From Phaeosaccion multiseriatum (lineage: Eukaryota; Protista; Ochrophyta, other classes), in NCBI GenBank assembly GCA_965112735.1, contig OZ218952.1:5456001-5520000 (forward strand): DNA of 64,000 bases, given 5' to 3'. Every line of letters starts with the position of its first letter. Positions within the stretch are counted from its first letter, which is position 1. Position numbers and translations under genes: made by a program. The notes under the pieces are model-generated. The model saw nothing but the letters and a program-made list of their open reading frames with translations. It ran no database searches and was not told the origin of the DNA. This document shows positions 1 through 14,200 of the stretch, piece after piece.

Positions 1-1003
1 ACGCATTTGTTGTGGGGAGGCAGCAGCCTCCCGCCCCTCCTCCCTCCCCTGCCTGCCTGCCTCTGCAGTCAGTAACCATCTCGCCCTCCGATGTCAGAGG
101 TGGCCTCTGCCGGTGTGCCACAGAGACGTGGCTCGCTCCACTCTGTGCCACTCTGTGGCACTCTGTGGGGTTGACTGGCATGGCCTCGACGAAAAGAAAC
201 AAGACATGCTTGAGTGCTTGGCGCCAACCCCTTTCTTCTTGACTTCGAGGGGTCGTCCCCGGCTCCACACTGGACGTGATGTTGATCTACTCTTTGCCAA
301 GTCGTCGGTATGCGGGGCGGGCTATACCGCGACACAATCGCTCTGCTCACAGCCCGGAGAGGGGGAGAGAGGGATGCATCCCTATCTACTGCAATGTGGC
401 CGATGTCAGCAGTAGACGGAGCCTAGACCTGGAGGGAGACATGCATAGATGTACGTACGATGGTGACCAGTGTGCGGGAGGGAAGTGTGCAGGGGAAAGG
501 AGTGAAAAAGGCCATGCGCAGAAACGCGAACGACTTCCCGGCCGCATGAAGCTGTGCGAAGTTTGAGGAGGGTGTGTTGGACCATGTGACACACACGTAG
601 GCGCGCTCCCAACCGGGAAGCGCCCCACATCTCCACGTGTAGGGCGTGCCTTGTGACCCCGAGTGCCCCTGCCTGCGTGCAGAGAGACAGGCGACAATGC
701 GCGAAAGGGTTCCCGGTGTTAAATTTTGGGGTCTACACATTTGGGTATGGGTGTATCAGAGCATGAGAAAGACACCTAGGCGCTCTCCTAAATGATTTTT
801 GCCCCCAGCGCTTTCTGAAGAGGAGGTATGCAGGTCTGCACACTTTGGAACACGGAAACCAACATGGCCAAACGGTTTCGTGCGACGGTGTTCCCGGTGT
901 TTGTAACGTCTGGGCATTGGACATTTGGGTGATTAGACCCTCGACCCCTGACACGCTATCGCCCACTTTCTTGATAGCGCGCTGGCTGGCGCCGGCTCAG
1001 GGG

Positions 1004-1990
1004 TCGGCTCCAGACTGGCCTAGAAGCCTAGGCCTAGAGACGAAATTCGGCCGGCCTAGGGGGGCCGCAGGTCCCCGGCCTAGGCCTAGAGGGGGCCGCA
1101 GGTCCCCGGCCTAGGCCTATTTTTGGCGCAGCCCCCCCGGCCTAGCTAGGCCTATCGACCCTGGACAAGATTACGGTGTGCGCCGGCCGTAACCAGTAAT
1201 CAGCCCCCGGCCGGCGCAAAATCAGTAATCAGGCCGGCTGGTCACCGGCTGTAAGCAACCAGACCGGCTGGCGCCGGTCATAATCAGTAATCAGGCCGGC
1301 TGCGCCGGCCGTAATCAGAATCAGATGATCTTGTCCAGGGTTGACTCCCTCCCTCCCTCCCTCCCTCCCTCCCTCCCTCCCTCCTTCCCTCCCTCCCTCC
1401 CTCCCTCCGTCCCTCCCTCCTTCCCTCCCTCCCTCCTTCCCTCCCTCCCTCCTTCCCTCCCTCCCTCCCTCCCTCCCTCCCTCCCTCCCTCCCTCCCTCC
1501 CTCCCTCCCTCCCTCCCTCCCTCCCTCCCTCCCTCCCTCCCTCCCTCCCTCCCTCCCTCCCTCCCTCCCTCCCTCCCTCCCTCCCTCCCTCCCTCCCTCC
1601 CTCCCTCCCTCCCTCCCTCCCTCCCTCCCTCCCTCCCTCCCTCGCTCCCTCCCTCCCTCCCTCGCTCCCTCCCTCCCTCCCTCCCTCCCTCCCTCCCTTC
1701 GACCCTGGACAAGATTACGGTGTACGCCGGCCGTAATCAGTAATCAGCCCCCGGCTGGCGCATAATCAGTACTCAGGCCGGCTGGCGCCGGTCATAATCA
1801 GTAATCAGGCCGGCTGCGCCGGCCGTAATTACTAATCAGATAGGTCGAGGCCTAGGCCTAGAACCGCCGGCCTAGGGAGAAAAAATGGCCGGCCTAGAGC
1901 GGCCAACGGCCGCCGGCCTAGGCCTAGAGCGGGCGTAGGCCGCTCGGCCTAGGGCCTAGAGCATAGGCTTGTAGGCCAGTCTGGAGCCGA
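1004..1990. mobile_element. Non-autonomous TIR DNA element (MITE-like, TCGG termini, 6-bp TSD) with a nested TIR module and a (CCCT)n tract
   Basis: Termini TCGGCTCCAGACTGGCCTA...TAGGCCAGTCTGGAGCCGA. CAGGGG is duplicated at 998-1003 and 1991-1996. Many AGGCCT/CCTAGG subterminal repeats. Inner inverted repeat TCGACCCTGGACAAGAT...ATCTTGTCCAGGGTTGA at 1155-1344. A second copy lies inverted at 20585-22029. Confidence 0.88.
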
Positions 1991-2139
1991 CAGGGGCACG
2001 CACACGCCTTGTTCCTCCTTGACTTACGCGGATTTATTGAATTATTGACTTACGATGTGGCGAGACATTTTTTTTCTCCTCCTCTTCTCAGCCCCCTCTC
2101 TCTCCGTGCAGCAGCAGCTTGCTCTCCTCTTTGTAGTGG

Positions 2140-4113
2140 ATGTACCTGTGCTTCTGGCTGTCTCCACTTCTTTTGCTTGCATTCACCATTAGCGCGTCTC
2201 GGAGCAGTGCTTTGGCATTTGGTCTCCTGCGATCAGCAATCGGCGTGAGGAGAAGCAGCAACGCCTTGACAGCAACAGCGGGAGGAGGAGGAGGAGGGAA
2301 AATGGCTGCGCCAAAGACTGTAACGTTTGTGACGGGCAACGAGAACAAGGCACGAGAGGTTGCACAAATCATGGCAGCAGAGAAAGACGTAAGTCCATGC
2401 GAGCCGCGAAGGCCAATGTCTCAGTAAACCCGCCCAATGGTCGCTCCTTCGTCCCTCACTCCGCGCCACTGCTACCTCATGCCAGGTCATCACCATAGAC
2501 AGAGTCGATCTCGACCTCAAGGAGCTGCAGGAGGCACCCGAGGTGATCGCCTCCGAGAAATGCCGCGAAGCCTTCTCGCATGTCAAGGCGCCCGTACTGG
2601 TGGAGGACACCTCGCTGCACTTCAACGGCCTGGGAGGTGTGTGTCTATGTGTGTATGTATGTGTGTATATGTGTGTTTGTGTGGTTGAAAAGATGCAAGC
2701 AAGTGCATTGCGAGGGTCGCAGAAGGGGCTTTGCGGCTTGGCCTTTGACCTGCGCTGCTGCTGTATCACCAACTGCTGCTGCTGCCGTGGTGCGGGATCT
2801 TGAAGCACAATAAAAGACTACTGGCGGGGTTGCGGGGGGCTCTCCGCCTGACACAGGGACACGGACTGAGTGAGTGAGACCCCACACGCTGCGTCCCCGT
2901 CGCCTCGGCTTCTCTTTACTCGAGAGTGAAAGCCCTACCTAACGCGACCCTGTGTTGTGTGTTGTGTGGGTAGATGGCACCACCCCACGTCCCCAATCCC
3001 CAGCTCAGTCAGTCACCTCCTCCTGCCCCCCCTGCAACAAACTAAACACCGTCCACTGCCGTCCCCCCCCCCTGCAACAACCACAACAGGCATGCCCGGC
3101 CCTTACGTCAAAGCCTTCATGAAGGGGGTGGGCGCAGCTGGGTTGGAGCAGATGCTGACAGGCTTTGAAGACAAGTCGGCATACGCTCAGACCACTCTGG
3201 CTTTCTGGGACGGACAAGGTAGGTGGGGCGGGCTGACTGACTGACTGACTGACTGACTGATTGAGTTGCCTGACTGACTGACTGATTAAGTTGACTGACT
3301 GACTGACTGACTGACTGACTAATTGCTTGAGTTGACTGACTGATTGACTGGCTAACTGAACGGTCACCTGACTCCCTCAATTTCCCCTTCGGCACGTCCC
3401 CCACCCTTGTTGGCCTTACCACAGTGACCATGCTCGCTGTGACCGCCTCTCTCTCCCTCTTACCCACCCCCGCACATCTGACCTCTGGACCCTTTCCCTC
3501 ACCACCTCACCCCACCCCATCCCGCTTGCTCTACTTCTCCTGCTTGTCTGCTGCGCTGCTCCCCCCCCCCCTTCCCTCCCTGGGCCTCAGGCGCCGAGCC
3601 CCATCTGTTTGTCGGGTAGGTGTCAGATGGCACTGGAAGAGAGCGTCCAACTGACTTACTTCCTTGCTTGCTCTCCGCTGCATTGTACGCACGCATGCAG
3701 CGCGCACGTCACTGCTCTATCTACCCATATACCCCTCTTGTCTGTACCCTCCCTTCTCTGTGAAGCCACACCCCCCCTGTCCGTCTCTCTCTCTCTGTCG
3801 GCTCGGGCATGCTTTGGCTGCCGATGTGCTGCTGCTGCTGCTGCTGCTGTATCACCACCTGCTCACTCCTCCTCTCTCCCTTGCTTGTGACACCCACCGA
3901 TGCCTCGAGCACAGGCAGACCAAAGGCACCATCGTCAAACCCCGAGGGACAAGCTTTGGGTGGGACCCCATCTTCCAACCTCTGGAGGGGGGCGGGCAAT
4001 TGACCTATGCGGAGATGTCGGCGGAGGAGAAGAATGGCCTGAGCCACAGATACAAGGCATTTAAGGCATTTAAAGACTTCGTCAGAGGGGGTGGTGCCCA
4101 AAACGAGACATAG
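2140..4113 (+). CDS. ITPA: Inosine triphosphate pyrophosphatase (HAM1/ITPase), 5 exons: ~2140-2388, 2486-2636, 3090-3218, ~3591-3615, ~3915-4113
   Basis: The spliced product contains [65 protein letters not shown] and [14 protein letters not shown]. Introns are GT-AG. The core starts at ATG 2302; an upstream in-frame ATG at 2140 adds a presequence. Confidence 0.93.
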
Positions 4114-4362
4114 CACATAGAGTTAAGAACAGTATTTATATATTTATACCTAGTGGTGTTACACCTCTGGGCGAGTTGGATGTGTGGATGGTCACAGGCA
4201 CATCCTTTCGAAGGGAACGGTCTTCCGTGTTTCACCCTTCACATTTCTTCTTTAGTAAGGGCAGGGCAAGAGAAGAAGAAGAGAAGAGGATATTGGGAGT
4301 ACACGGAGTGCCCATGCGCTCACTTTCCAAACCATCGGTCACTCTCCACCCTCCCATGCCGC

Positions 4363-4400
<38 letters not shown>

Positions 4401-4424
4401 TCTTTCCGTTCACCTTCCAGCTTG

Positions 4425-5229
4425 CTACTGGCCATCCTCTTTGCTCTTCTCCTCCTCCTCCTCCTCCTCCTCCTCCTCCACCACCACCTCCTCCTCCACC
4501 TCCTCCACCACCACCTCCTCTCCTCCTCCCTGTCCACTACCATCCTCACTGTTGTCGCCGCCCTCCGCATCAATCACCTCCTCCTCCTCCTCCTCATCTG
4601 CACAGCCATCGTCAGATTCTCCGCCTCTCCCCTCCACCTCCTCCTCCTCCTGGTGCTGCTGCTGTTCTCCCTCCTCCTCCTCCTCATCCTCCTCCTCCTC
4701 CTCCTCCTCCTCCTCCTCCTCCTCCTCCTCCTCCTCCTCCTCCTCCTCCTCCTCCTCACCATCATCATCCTCGTCCTCTTCCTCATCCTCATACACAACG
4801 TCCTCTGCCCGTGTGATGCCCGGCAAGTCTATGCCCTCCATGAGGTAAGTGGTGTCGTCGGACACAGGGTAACGGTCCAGAAGGCTCTCCGCCATACGGG
4901 CCCTGTGGGTGCGTGGTAGAGGTGTATGGGTAGGAGTATGGAGGCGCATGGACACAATGTAGGAGGAGAGAATATTTAAGAGGTGTATGGGTAGGAGTAT
5001 AGATGAGTGTGCGTGTGTGTGTGTGCGTGCGCATGTATGGATGCATGTGTGTGTGCGTGTGTGTCTTACTTGGTCTTGAGGGCCCCGTCCACTCCAGGCA
5101 GGGCGGGGATTTGTCTCAAAAGCTCCATGGAGCGGCGGATGAGGCGACAGATGTCTCCTGCAGAGAGGAGGTGGAGAGGGGAGGGGGGCATTAGAGAAGG
5201 GGGCACTCACAACCCACACCACACTACCA

Positions 5230-5264
<35 letters not shown>

Positions 5265-8200
5265 ATAATATGTATATGACACGTGTGCGTAACATTACGT
5301 ACCCTCATCCATAGAGGTGGAGGCCGTGAGCTCTTGCCAATCGCAGCCCTGTGCCCAGGACTCGACGATGCCGCTGAGAGTCGTGTCTTGTCGGATCGAC
5401 TGGTCCACGCCAGTTGTGAGCTGTGGAGGAGGGAGGGAGCGAGCGAGGGAGGGAGGGAGGGGAGGGAGGGAGGGAGGGGAGGGAGGGAGGGAGGGGAGGG
5501 GGTTGGGGGTGGAGACAAGTACGCGACTGAGAATGGCAGGCTCGCAGCAGCAGCAGCAGCAGCAGCAGTCGGTAGCAGTCGGTAGCATAGCAGCAACAGC
5601 GTCCACTTGGCCGCCGCACCACCGCCACCACCCACCAACTAACCACGCACCCCCAACCACACGTACCTGCTTCTCCAATAACTCTCCGGCCAAGTCGGCG
5701 AGCTCCAACGCGCAGTCCACCACCTCCTCCGAAGGGCCAAACTCCACAAACGTGTCCGAGCGCAGATATTCAAGCTGCAAGGCCGGGATAAAGGCCGCCA
5801 GCCCTACCGCCGTCATGCTCTTGAGGGTAGTGGATTGGGTGAGGAGGAGGGAGATCCAGAGCTCGTTGTCGTGGTTGACAGCACCCACGAGCTTGCCAAA
5901 GTCGGTGGGGGCGTTGTCCTCGTCCAGGGCGCCGTAGTGCCGGAGGACTCTGTGGTTGGGGTTGGTTGGTGGTGCGTGGTTGTTGTTTAGTTGTTTGGTT
6001 GTGGTTGTGGTTGTGGTTGTGGTTGATGTGGTTGGTTTTGACGCATTCATTGGGACGCTCACCCGGCGAAACCAGGCACTCACTCAATCACGCTCTCTCT
6101 AACTTCACTCACCCACTCACTCACTTACTCACTCACTCACTCACTCACTCACTCATTCCCTCACTCACTCACTCACTCACTCACGCCCTCACTCACTCAC
6201 TCACTCACTCACTCACTCTCTCACTCACTCCCTCACCCCCTCCCTCCCTCACTCACTCACTCACTCACTCACTCACTCACTCACTCACTCACTGACACCA
6301 GGCACTGACTCACTGACACTAGGCATTGACTGAAAGACCGACACGAGGCCATCCTCACTGACTTACTAACTCACTGACACCAGACACTCACTTGCACAGC
6401 GCGAGAAAGTCTTGCCACACCGGCTGCGCTCCGCTCCGTCCCCTCTCCGTCTTGCGCGCTTTGCGAACCTGATCCTCCAATTGCAGGACATCCTTAACGA
6501 GGGAGAGGGTGTCCGAGGCAGCGGCGGGGCTCGTGTGGAGGGGGTGCAGCTTCATTTGCTCCTGCACGCGGCCGATGACGGCGCGCTGTCGCATGATGTG
6601 GCCTTGATGTGGTTGGGTTGGGATGGTAGGATTGTTGGATGTTTTTGGGGTTGGTTGGGTTGGTTGGATGGTTGCTAGGTTGGTTGGATTGGTTGGATGG
6701 TTGGTTGTTTGTGCGCAACGGGGAGGGACTAGTACCTATCTCTTTATTGTACTGGGCAACCACGGTCTACTAATCTGAAACTCAAACCCAAACTCAGGAT
6801 CAAAACTCGAAGTCAAACTGCACACGTGCCCCTCACCTGGCGGCTCCAATGGTTCCATGAGCTTGATGTTGGCAGCAGCTTCTTCGAGGGGCACTGTGAC
6901 GGTGGAGCCCCACAGGGCCTTGTCGGCTTCAGTGGGGGCCAGCAGGGGGGTGCTCGTGCCGCGGGGCAGGGGGGTGTCTGCCTTAGGCCAAGGGGACTGG
7001 AGGGAGGAGGTGGAGGAGGAGGAGGAGGAGGAGGAGGCGGAGGAGGAGGAGGAGGAGGAGGAGGAGGAGGAAGAGGAGGAGGAGGAGGAGGAGGAGGAGG
7101 AGGAGGAGGAGGAGGAGGAGGAGGAGGAGGAGGAGGAGGAGGAGGAGGAGGAGGAGGAGGAGGAGGAGGAGGAGGAGGAGGAGGAGGAGGAGGGGGAGGA
7201 GGAGGAGATGAGCAGAAGCGCGTCTCATAACACACACACATCACTACCGAGGTGTGCGCCATTCCACTGCCATCCACGCCATGACCTACCGAGGGGTGGA
7301 CCATGGCGTTGAGCGCCACTGCAACCTCCGGGGACAGCCCTGCCGAGGGTTCTGTGTCTAGGCTTTCCACTTGCTCGGCACACACAGCAAGCACTTGGCC
7401 GCCGCTGGCGTTACAGAAGGATGTGGGTGGGGAATAGGGGGTGAAGGCGGGTTAGAGGGAGGGGGTTTGGGACAAGTGTGGGTTGGTGGGGGGGTAAGGC
7501 GGAGGAGAGGAGCGAGGGAGGGAGGGAGGGAGGAGGGAGAAGGAGAGAGGCAGCTAGAGACAAAGTGGAGAGGACGAGAGAGGGAGATGAACACAGAGGG
7601 AGGGAGAGAGCAAGCCACAGAGATAAGACAGACCACACAGAGACAGAGAGAGGACACAGACAGACAGAGAGAGACAGAGAGAGAGACAGACAAACAGATA
7701 AACAGATAAAAAAACAAGACAGACAGAGAGAGACACGAGTTGCCTGTACCTGGTGAGCACGATGACCCTCGCAGGCCCCCCGTCGAAGGCATCCTCATCC
7801 TCATCCTCCACATCGTAATCCCCGATCACAGCGCCGCTCTCTCCCGTGCGTAGCAGCACGCCTATACATGGCCCGACAGTGCAAGGGCAAAGGCGAGAGA
7901 AAGAGAGAGAGAGAGCAAAGGGGTGAGAAGGGACAAAGGACATCCGCTGCCCTCACTGAGAAGGGACAGAATGGAACGGGATGGGACAGGACATTTCGCT
8001 GTCCTCACCTGAGCCGAGTCGGCTCATGGGCAGCACTGTCTCGGTCACTTCAGTCTGCACTTCCGTATCCTGTGGGGGCATGAGGGAGGTATATGGGCAG
8101 ACAGACAGAGTGTGAGTGTGTGAGAGAGTGTGAGATGCGTCGACATGGCGAGTCGAGTACGTCGACATGTAGTGTCGAGGAAGTGCCGTACCTGGGCCAA

Positions 8201-11200
8201 GAGGAAGTCTTCGATGCGCTCCTCTGCCTGCAGGCGCTCGTGCAGCTTGAGGTACAGCTTGGCCTGTTGGTTGTTCGGGCAGTGGAGGTGAGATGGGGGT
8301 CAGGATTCAGGGCGTATGAAGTCAGTTGATAGGGATAGCTTCGTGAGAGAGAGAGAAGGAGAGAGAGTGCTCTGTCTCTGACTCTCCCCCTGCCCTCCCC
8401 TCCCTTCCCTCCCCTCGCCATCTGTGACTCACATCGTTGAGGCTGATCTCTCCAAGCTGCTCCTGAATGCTCTCCAATCGCTTCTCTGCTGCGAGGCCCA
8501 TCTCAGCCACCGGGCTGGACCTATCGCATCCATCCACAGCAGTTGGTGATACAGCAACACACAAGCACAGCAGTTGGTGATACAGCATCACACACAACGC
8601 AAGCACATCCAATGGGTGATACAGCACCAAACACACCCCCGAGTTGAGTCGAGTCATGCGAGAGAGGCAACCCACAAACAGAGACCACTTCAGCCCCGTA
8701 TTCCATTCACTTTTGACTCTCTGTAGATGGAGCTCTCACACACGTGAAACATTCCTACCCTCTTCATCACGTTTGACTCTGCAGTTAGAGCGTGACCACA
8801 CCCTCCCCTTCCCTCCCACTACTCACTTCTTGCTCTGTAGGTAGTTTCCAAAGGACTTCTCTACGAATTCCTTGGCCTCTGTGAGCGTGCGCGTGGCCAA
8901 CACATTGACTGCCATCCCGTAGGACGTCTTGAACTTGCTGCCGATGGAGTCCACAGGAGAGAGGAGGAGGCGATGCGCATCCACCACGTCCTCAAAGCGA
9001 CTTAGGACAAGAGCAAAGCACAAGCACAAGCAAAAGCACAAGCAAGAGAAACGCACAGCCCGGTAGGGTGCAGTGCGGTCAAATGGTGACATACACGTAA
9101 CACATGGATACATACAAAAGAGGGGTATATATATACACACACATGGTCGAAGGAAGATACACACACAGAGACAAACACACATGGAAACCCCCTCTCATCC
9201 ACTGCCATCTCCCCATCCCCCCTCCCTCCCTCCCTCCCGTACCTCCTCATAATGACGACGGAACCCTGAGTGTCCATGCCTCTTCTGCCCGCCCTGCCCG
9301 CCATCTGTAGCAGCTGCGACGGGGCCAGCTTCTGCACACCCTCTGTGTGGAGCATGCGGAGGCATATCAAGGCATACGGTATGCGCAAGAGAGAGAAAAG
9401 AGTAGAGGTACACGGAAGCATATGGGTATGGGCAAGAGAGAAAGCGTCAAGTAAGTCAAGAGAGTCAAGCGAAGGACGTGACCTCCCTCCCTAGCTATAC
9501 CCTAACTAACACGTGAAGAAGCTCGTTTAGTAAGCGTACTTAAGCCTAATTACGTACTATCACGTACCGGGGCCGGCCTTCTTGGAGAGGACGGAAATGA
9601 CGGTGGTCCTTGCAGGCATGTTAACCCCTGCTGCAAGCGTCTCTGTGGCGAACACCACCTTTGGCATTTGACGCGTAGATGGCAGCAGATGGGCAGCGAC
9701 GTACACACACACACAGCGCAGGGTAGGGCAGTGGGGGGTAGAGCGAAGGGGATGCCCGGGAGGAGGCCAGGGAGAATGCCACAAGGCAATGAGGGGGTGG
9801 GGGGGTGGGGGGGTGGAAGGTGGAGGGGGGAGGGGAGAGAGGAGAGGGGAGAGGGGAGGGGAGGGGAGAGGGGAGGGGAGAGGGGAGGGCAGAGGGGAGG
9901 GGAGCATACATAAAATTGATAGGGTGAGAGGAGGGGAAGAGACAAGAAAGGGTCATCGCTGTCAAACACACACACAAACTCTCTCTCTCACACACACAGA
10001 CACACATTCTTTATCTTTTCTCTCTCTCTTACACATTTCTTCTTCTACTTGCTCTCTCTCTCGCACACACTGACTCACTCACTCACTCACTCACTCTCTC
10101 ACTCACTCCCTCACTCCCTCACTCACTCACTCCCTCACTCACACACACTCACTCACTCACTCCCTCACTCACTCACTCACTCACACACTCACTCACCTTG
10201 CAGAGTCCGTCCACGAAGAGCTCCTCCACGAGCGTCTTGTACACAGGGAGCATGCCTAAGTCAGTATGTCAGTAAGTGAGAAGTTAGGAAGTCAGCAAGT
10301 CAATAAGTCAGTCAGTGAGTCAGTCAGTCAGCGAGTGAGTGCAGGGAGCATGCCCAAGTCGTGAGCCAGTAAGTCAGTGAGTGAGAGAGAGAGGGAGTGA
10401 AAAAGTTAATGAGTGAAGTGAGTTAGTGTGTGTGTAGTTGAGTGAGTGAGTGAGTGAGTGAGGGAGTGAGTGAGGGAGTGAGTGAATGACGGAGTGAGTG
10501 AGTGAGTGAGCATACCTGCGTGGTGCGTGGCGATGCCCATCAGCAGCTTGTCCATCCGGTCCTACGGCAACAGATGGATAAATCCGCAGATGGATGGCAG
10601 CAGATGGATGATGAAAGCAGGCGTTGCAGGGCGGGGTAGGGTAGGGCAGGGGTCAGAAGCGGTTGGTTGGCGGCGTCTCTCGCCCTTTCTCTCTCTCTCT
10701 CTCTCTCTCTCCCTCGTCTCTGGCTCTCCCTCACACACGCGCTCTCTCTCTGCTCTCTCTCGCGCGCTTTCTCCCTCTGCTCGCCCCCCTCATCCACACA
10801 CGTCCACCCCCCCTCCACATCCTGACCGACCCACACCCACAATCACACCCACACCCACACCCGCACCCACACCCCCCCTCACCTCATCCAATGTGATCTG
10901 CGGGTTTTCCTCTCGAAACACCTCTATTCTCCTATCCACTTCCTCCTCCTCCTCCGGTGTGAGTAGGTTGTTGCCCCCTCCATCGTCGGCAGTATCCTCT
11001 GCGGCTCGCTCACAGCCCACGCGGCTGAAGGGATGACAGCAGACGGCAGCACACCCGCGCAGAAGGGCAACACAGGAAGGGAGGAAGGGAGGAAGGGCTG
11101 GCTTACTGTGCCTGCCCATATGCTTCTACCTTGCCCTGCCCATACAACTCCATCCCCTTACCTGAAGATGAAAACGATGGCCGGAAGCATATCCTTCCTT

Positions 11201-14200
11201 GCCAAGTTACGCACAACGTACTGAAAGCTCGGCACATCCCTCTGCGCCACCATCCGAGTAGCCGACTCACTGTCACGGGGACCTCCACTCCTCCCCCTCC
11301 CATTCCTCCACCTCCCACCCCCACCCCCACCCCCACCACCACCACCACCCCAATCATCATAACGACCATTCCTGGAGTCACCTCTGTTGCGGTCTTTCCC
11401 TCCCCTATTTCGGCCCCTGTCCTTCCTCCCCCCTCCTCCTCCTCCTCCTCCTCCTCCCCCTCCTCTACCGTAGTTCCCAAGGCCGTTATTGCTGTTGCCG
11501 TTGAAGCGGTTTTGGTAGTCGAGACGGGCCTTCTCTTGCATAGCACGAGCTTTCGCTTGGAGGTCTTCGTGGTGAGCGAGCAGCTTTGGGTTGAGCTAAG
11601 AGAGAGGGGAAGGGGCGGGAGAGGAGGGGGTGATAGCAGCGATGAGACCACTTCCCTTTTGGACTATTGCACCACGGCATGCCTTACCCTGCCGCACGTG
11701 AAGCAGTGCCTCTCCCTCTGCCCCCATATGCCTGTGTTCCTGCCCATATGCCTGCCTAACGTACCCTGAGGCGATCTGGCAGCACCACCCTTCGCTTCCC
11801 CCTCTTCCTGCCCCTTCCCCTCTCTTTCTTCGTGTTCGCTCTCTCCTCCTGCACCACAGCGAGGTAGGCAAGGCACGGAAGAGCCAGAGGGAGTGAGTTG
11901 TGCGTATGTGTGTGTTGTGTGTGTATGTGTGTATGTGCATGTTGTGTGTGTATGTGTGTGTGTGCGTGTGTGTGTACGAGTGTGCATGTGTATTGTGAGC
12001 GTGTGTGTGTGTGTGTGCACACGTAACCCCTTACGTACCTTGGTTGGCCTGGCCCCGCGGAGCGCCCCTGGGCCTGAATCGGGGTCTTTAAAGAGATTAA
12101 ACAGGCCCCTGCTGTTGGCGTATAGGAAGCGCAGGGGCACGGGGCGGAAGTCCGACACAACAACCTCGCAGGGGCCGTGAGTGTGCTGGATCCAGCCCTG
12201 GGGGGGGGGAGAGGAAGGGAGGGAGGAAGGGAGGAATGGAGGAATGGAGGAGAGCAGGAGAGCGAGTGAGTAAGTGAGTGAGTGAGGGAGTGAGTGAGTG
12301 AGTGAGTGAGTGAGAGTGAGTGAGTTGAGTGGGTGAGTGAGTGAGTGAGTGAGTGAGTGAGTTGAGTGGGTGAGTGAGTGAGTGAGTGAGTGAGTAAGTG
12401 AGAGTGAGTGAGTTGAGTGGGTGAGTGAGTGAGTGAGCAAGCGACTCACTCCCCCCTCCTCCCCGACCGGAAAAGTGTGTCCGCATCCCCATGCGACTTG
12501 AATTTCTCACCCTTCACACCTCATCCTCTATCTACCCATCGACATTCTCAAGCCAAGCATCCCCTCCCACCCCACCCCATCCACTGCCATCCCCTTCTAT
12601 CCTATCCCGCCCCCTCCCATTCCATCCCATCCACTGCCATCCCTTCCCATCCACTGCCATCCCACCCACCCACTATCCCTCCCATACCCACACATCGACA
12701 CTCTTAAAGGCATCTCATTCCATCCCGTCTCATCTTACTCACTCCGATGTCCTTGGAGTTGGCCATGGTGGCGGACAGAGCGACCATCCCATCCACTGCC
12801 ATCCCACCCACCCACTATCCCTCCCATACCTACACATCCACACTCTTGAAAGCATCCCATTCCATCCCGTCTCATCTTACTCACTCCGATGTCCTTGGAG
12901 TTGGCCATGGTGGCGGACAGAGCGACCATCCCATCCACTGCCATCCCACCCACCCACTATCCCTCCCATACCTACACATCGACACTCTTAAAGGCATCTC
13001 ATTCCATCCCGTCTCATCATACTCACTCCGATGTCCTTGGAGTTGGCCATGGTGGCGGACAGAGCGACCATCCGCACGTGGTCAGGGCAGGAGATGACGG
13101 ACTCCTCCCACACGGTGCCTCTGTCTCTGTCGTTCATGTAGTGGAACTCGTCGAACACAACGGCAAACACGTCACGTAGCTCCTCCTCCCTGCAGGCATA
13201 TGGGCAGGGGTAGGCAGGTGTATGGGCAGGAATAAGGGTAGGCAGGTGTATGGGCAGGCATATAGGCAGGCATACGGGTAGGCAGGTGTATGGGCAGGTA
13301 TAAGGGCAGGCATATGGACAGGCATATGGGCAGGCATATGGGTAGGCATATGGGCAAGGCATATGGGCAAGGCATATGGGTAGGATGGTGTATGGGCAGG
13401 CAATTGTATGGGCAGAGGGGTATGGGCACAACCATATGAAGGTGTATGGGCAGGCATACTGGGCGGCGCATGGCAGGCAGGTGTATGGGACACAGGCAGA
13501 AGGAATGGACAGGCGTGTTTGGGTAGGTACAAAGGCAGGCGTATGAGGCACAGGCATACGGGCACAGACCCTGCCCCTTCCATCCACTGCCATCCCCCCC
13601 CTGACGTACCTTCCGTCATAGAGCATGTTCCGGAAGACCTCTGTGGTCATGACGCAAACATGGGCGTCCCTGTTGATGGTGAGGTCCCCTGTCAACAGCC
13701 CCACTCGATTTGGACCGAATTTGGCCTTGAAGTCAGCGAACTTTTGGTTGCTCAGCGCCTAAGAGAGAGGGAGAGAAGTGAGGGAGAGAGCAAGACGAGG
13801 GCGGGGGGGGGGGGGGGAGAGAGGGAGAGAGAGCAGTGAGTACGTACGCGAGTAGTGGGGATGGCTGCTTGGTTGCTTTTGTTTGTTCGCGGCGGCAGAC
13901 AATAGAAGCCCACGGCTAAAGAGATGCCCAAGGCTAGGAAGGTAAGGTCGCATGAAGCAAAGAAGACTCCACCCACCCACCCACGCACGCACGCACGCAA
14001 GGACAATCACGATACGTAACGCTATGGAAAAGGGACAATTCAATCAACGGGAAAGGGAAAGGTAAAAGGTTTCCAAGCTGGGGCTTCGCTTTACTTCGCT
14101 TGCCTTGAGCGGGGTGGTGTAGAACACACGCAGGCCCAGTGCGAGGGCGTAGTAAATAGCAAGCTCTCCTGCCACCGTCTTGCCGCTGCCCGTAGGGGCC

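Noticed and set aside
1-1000. Short ORFs and a small repeated TTCCCGGTGTT motif
   Set aside because: No recognisable product, and the repeat is too short to define an element.
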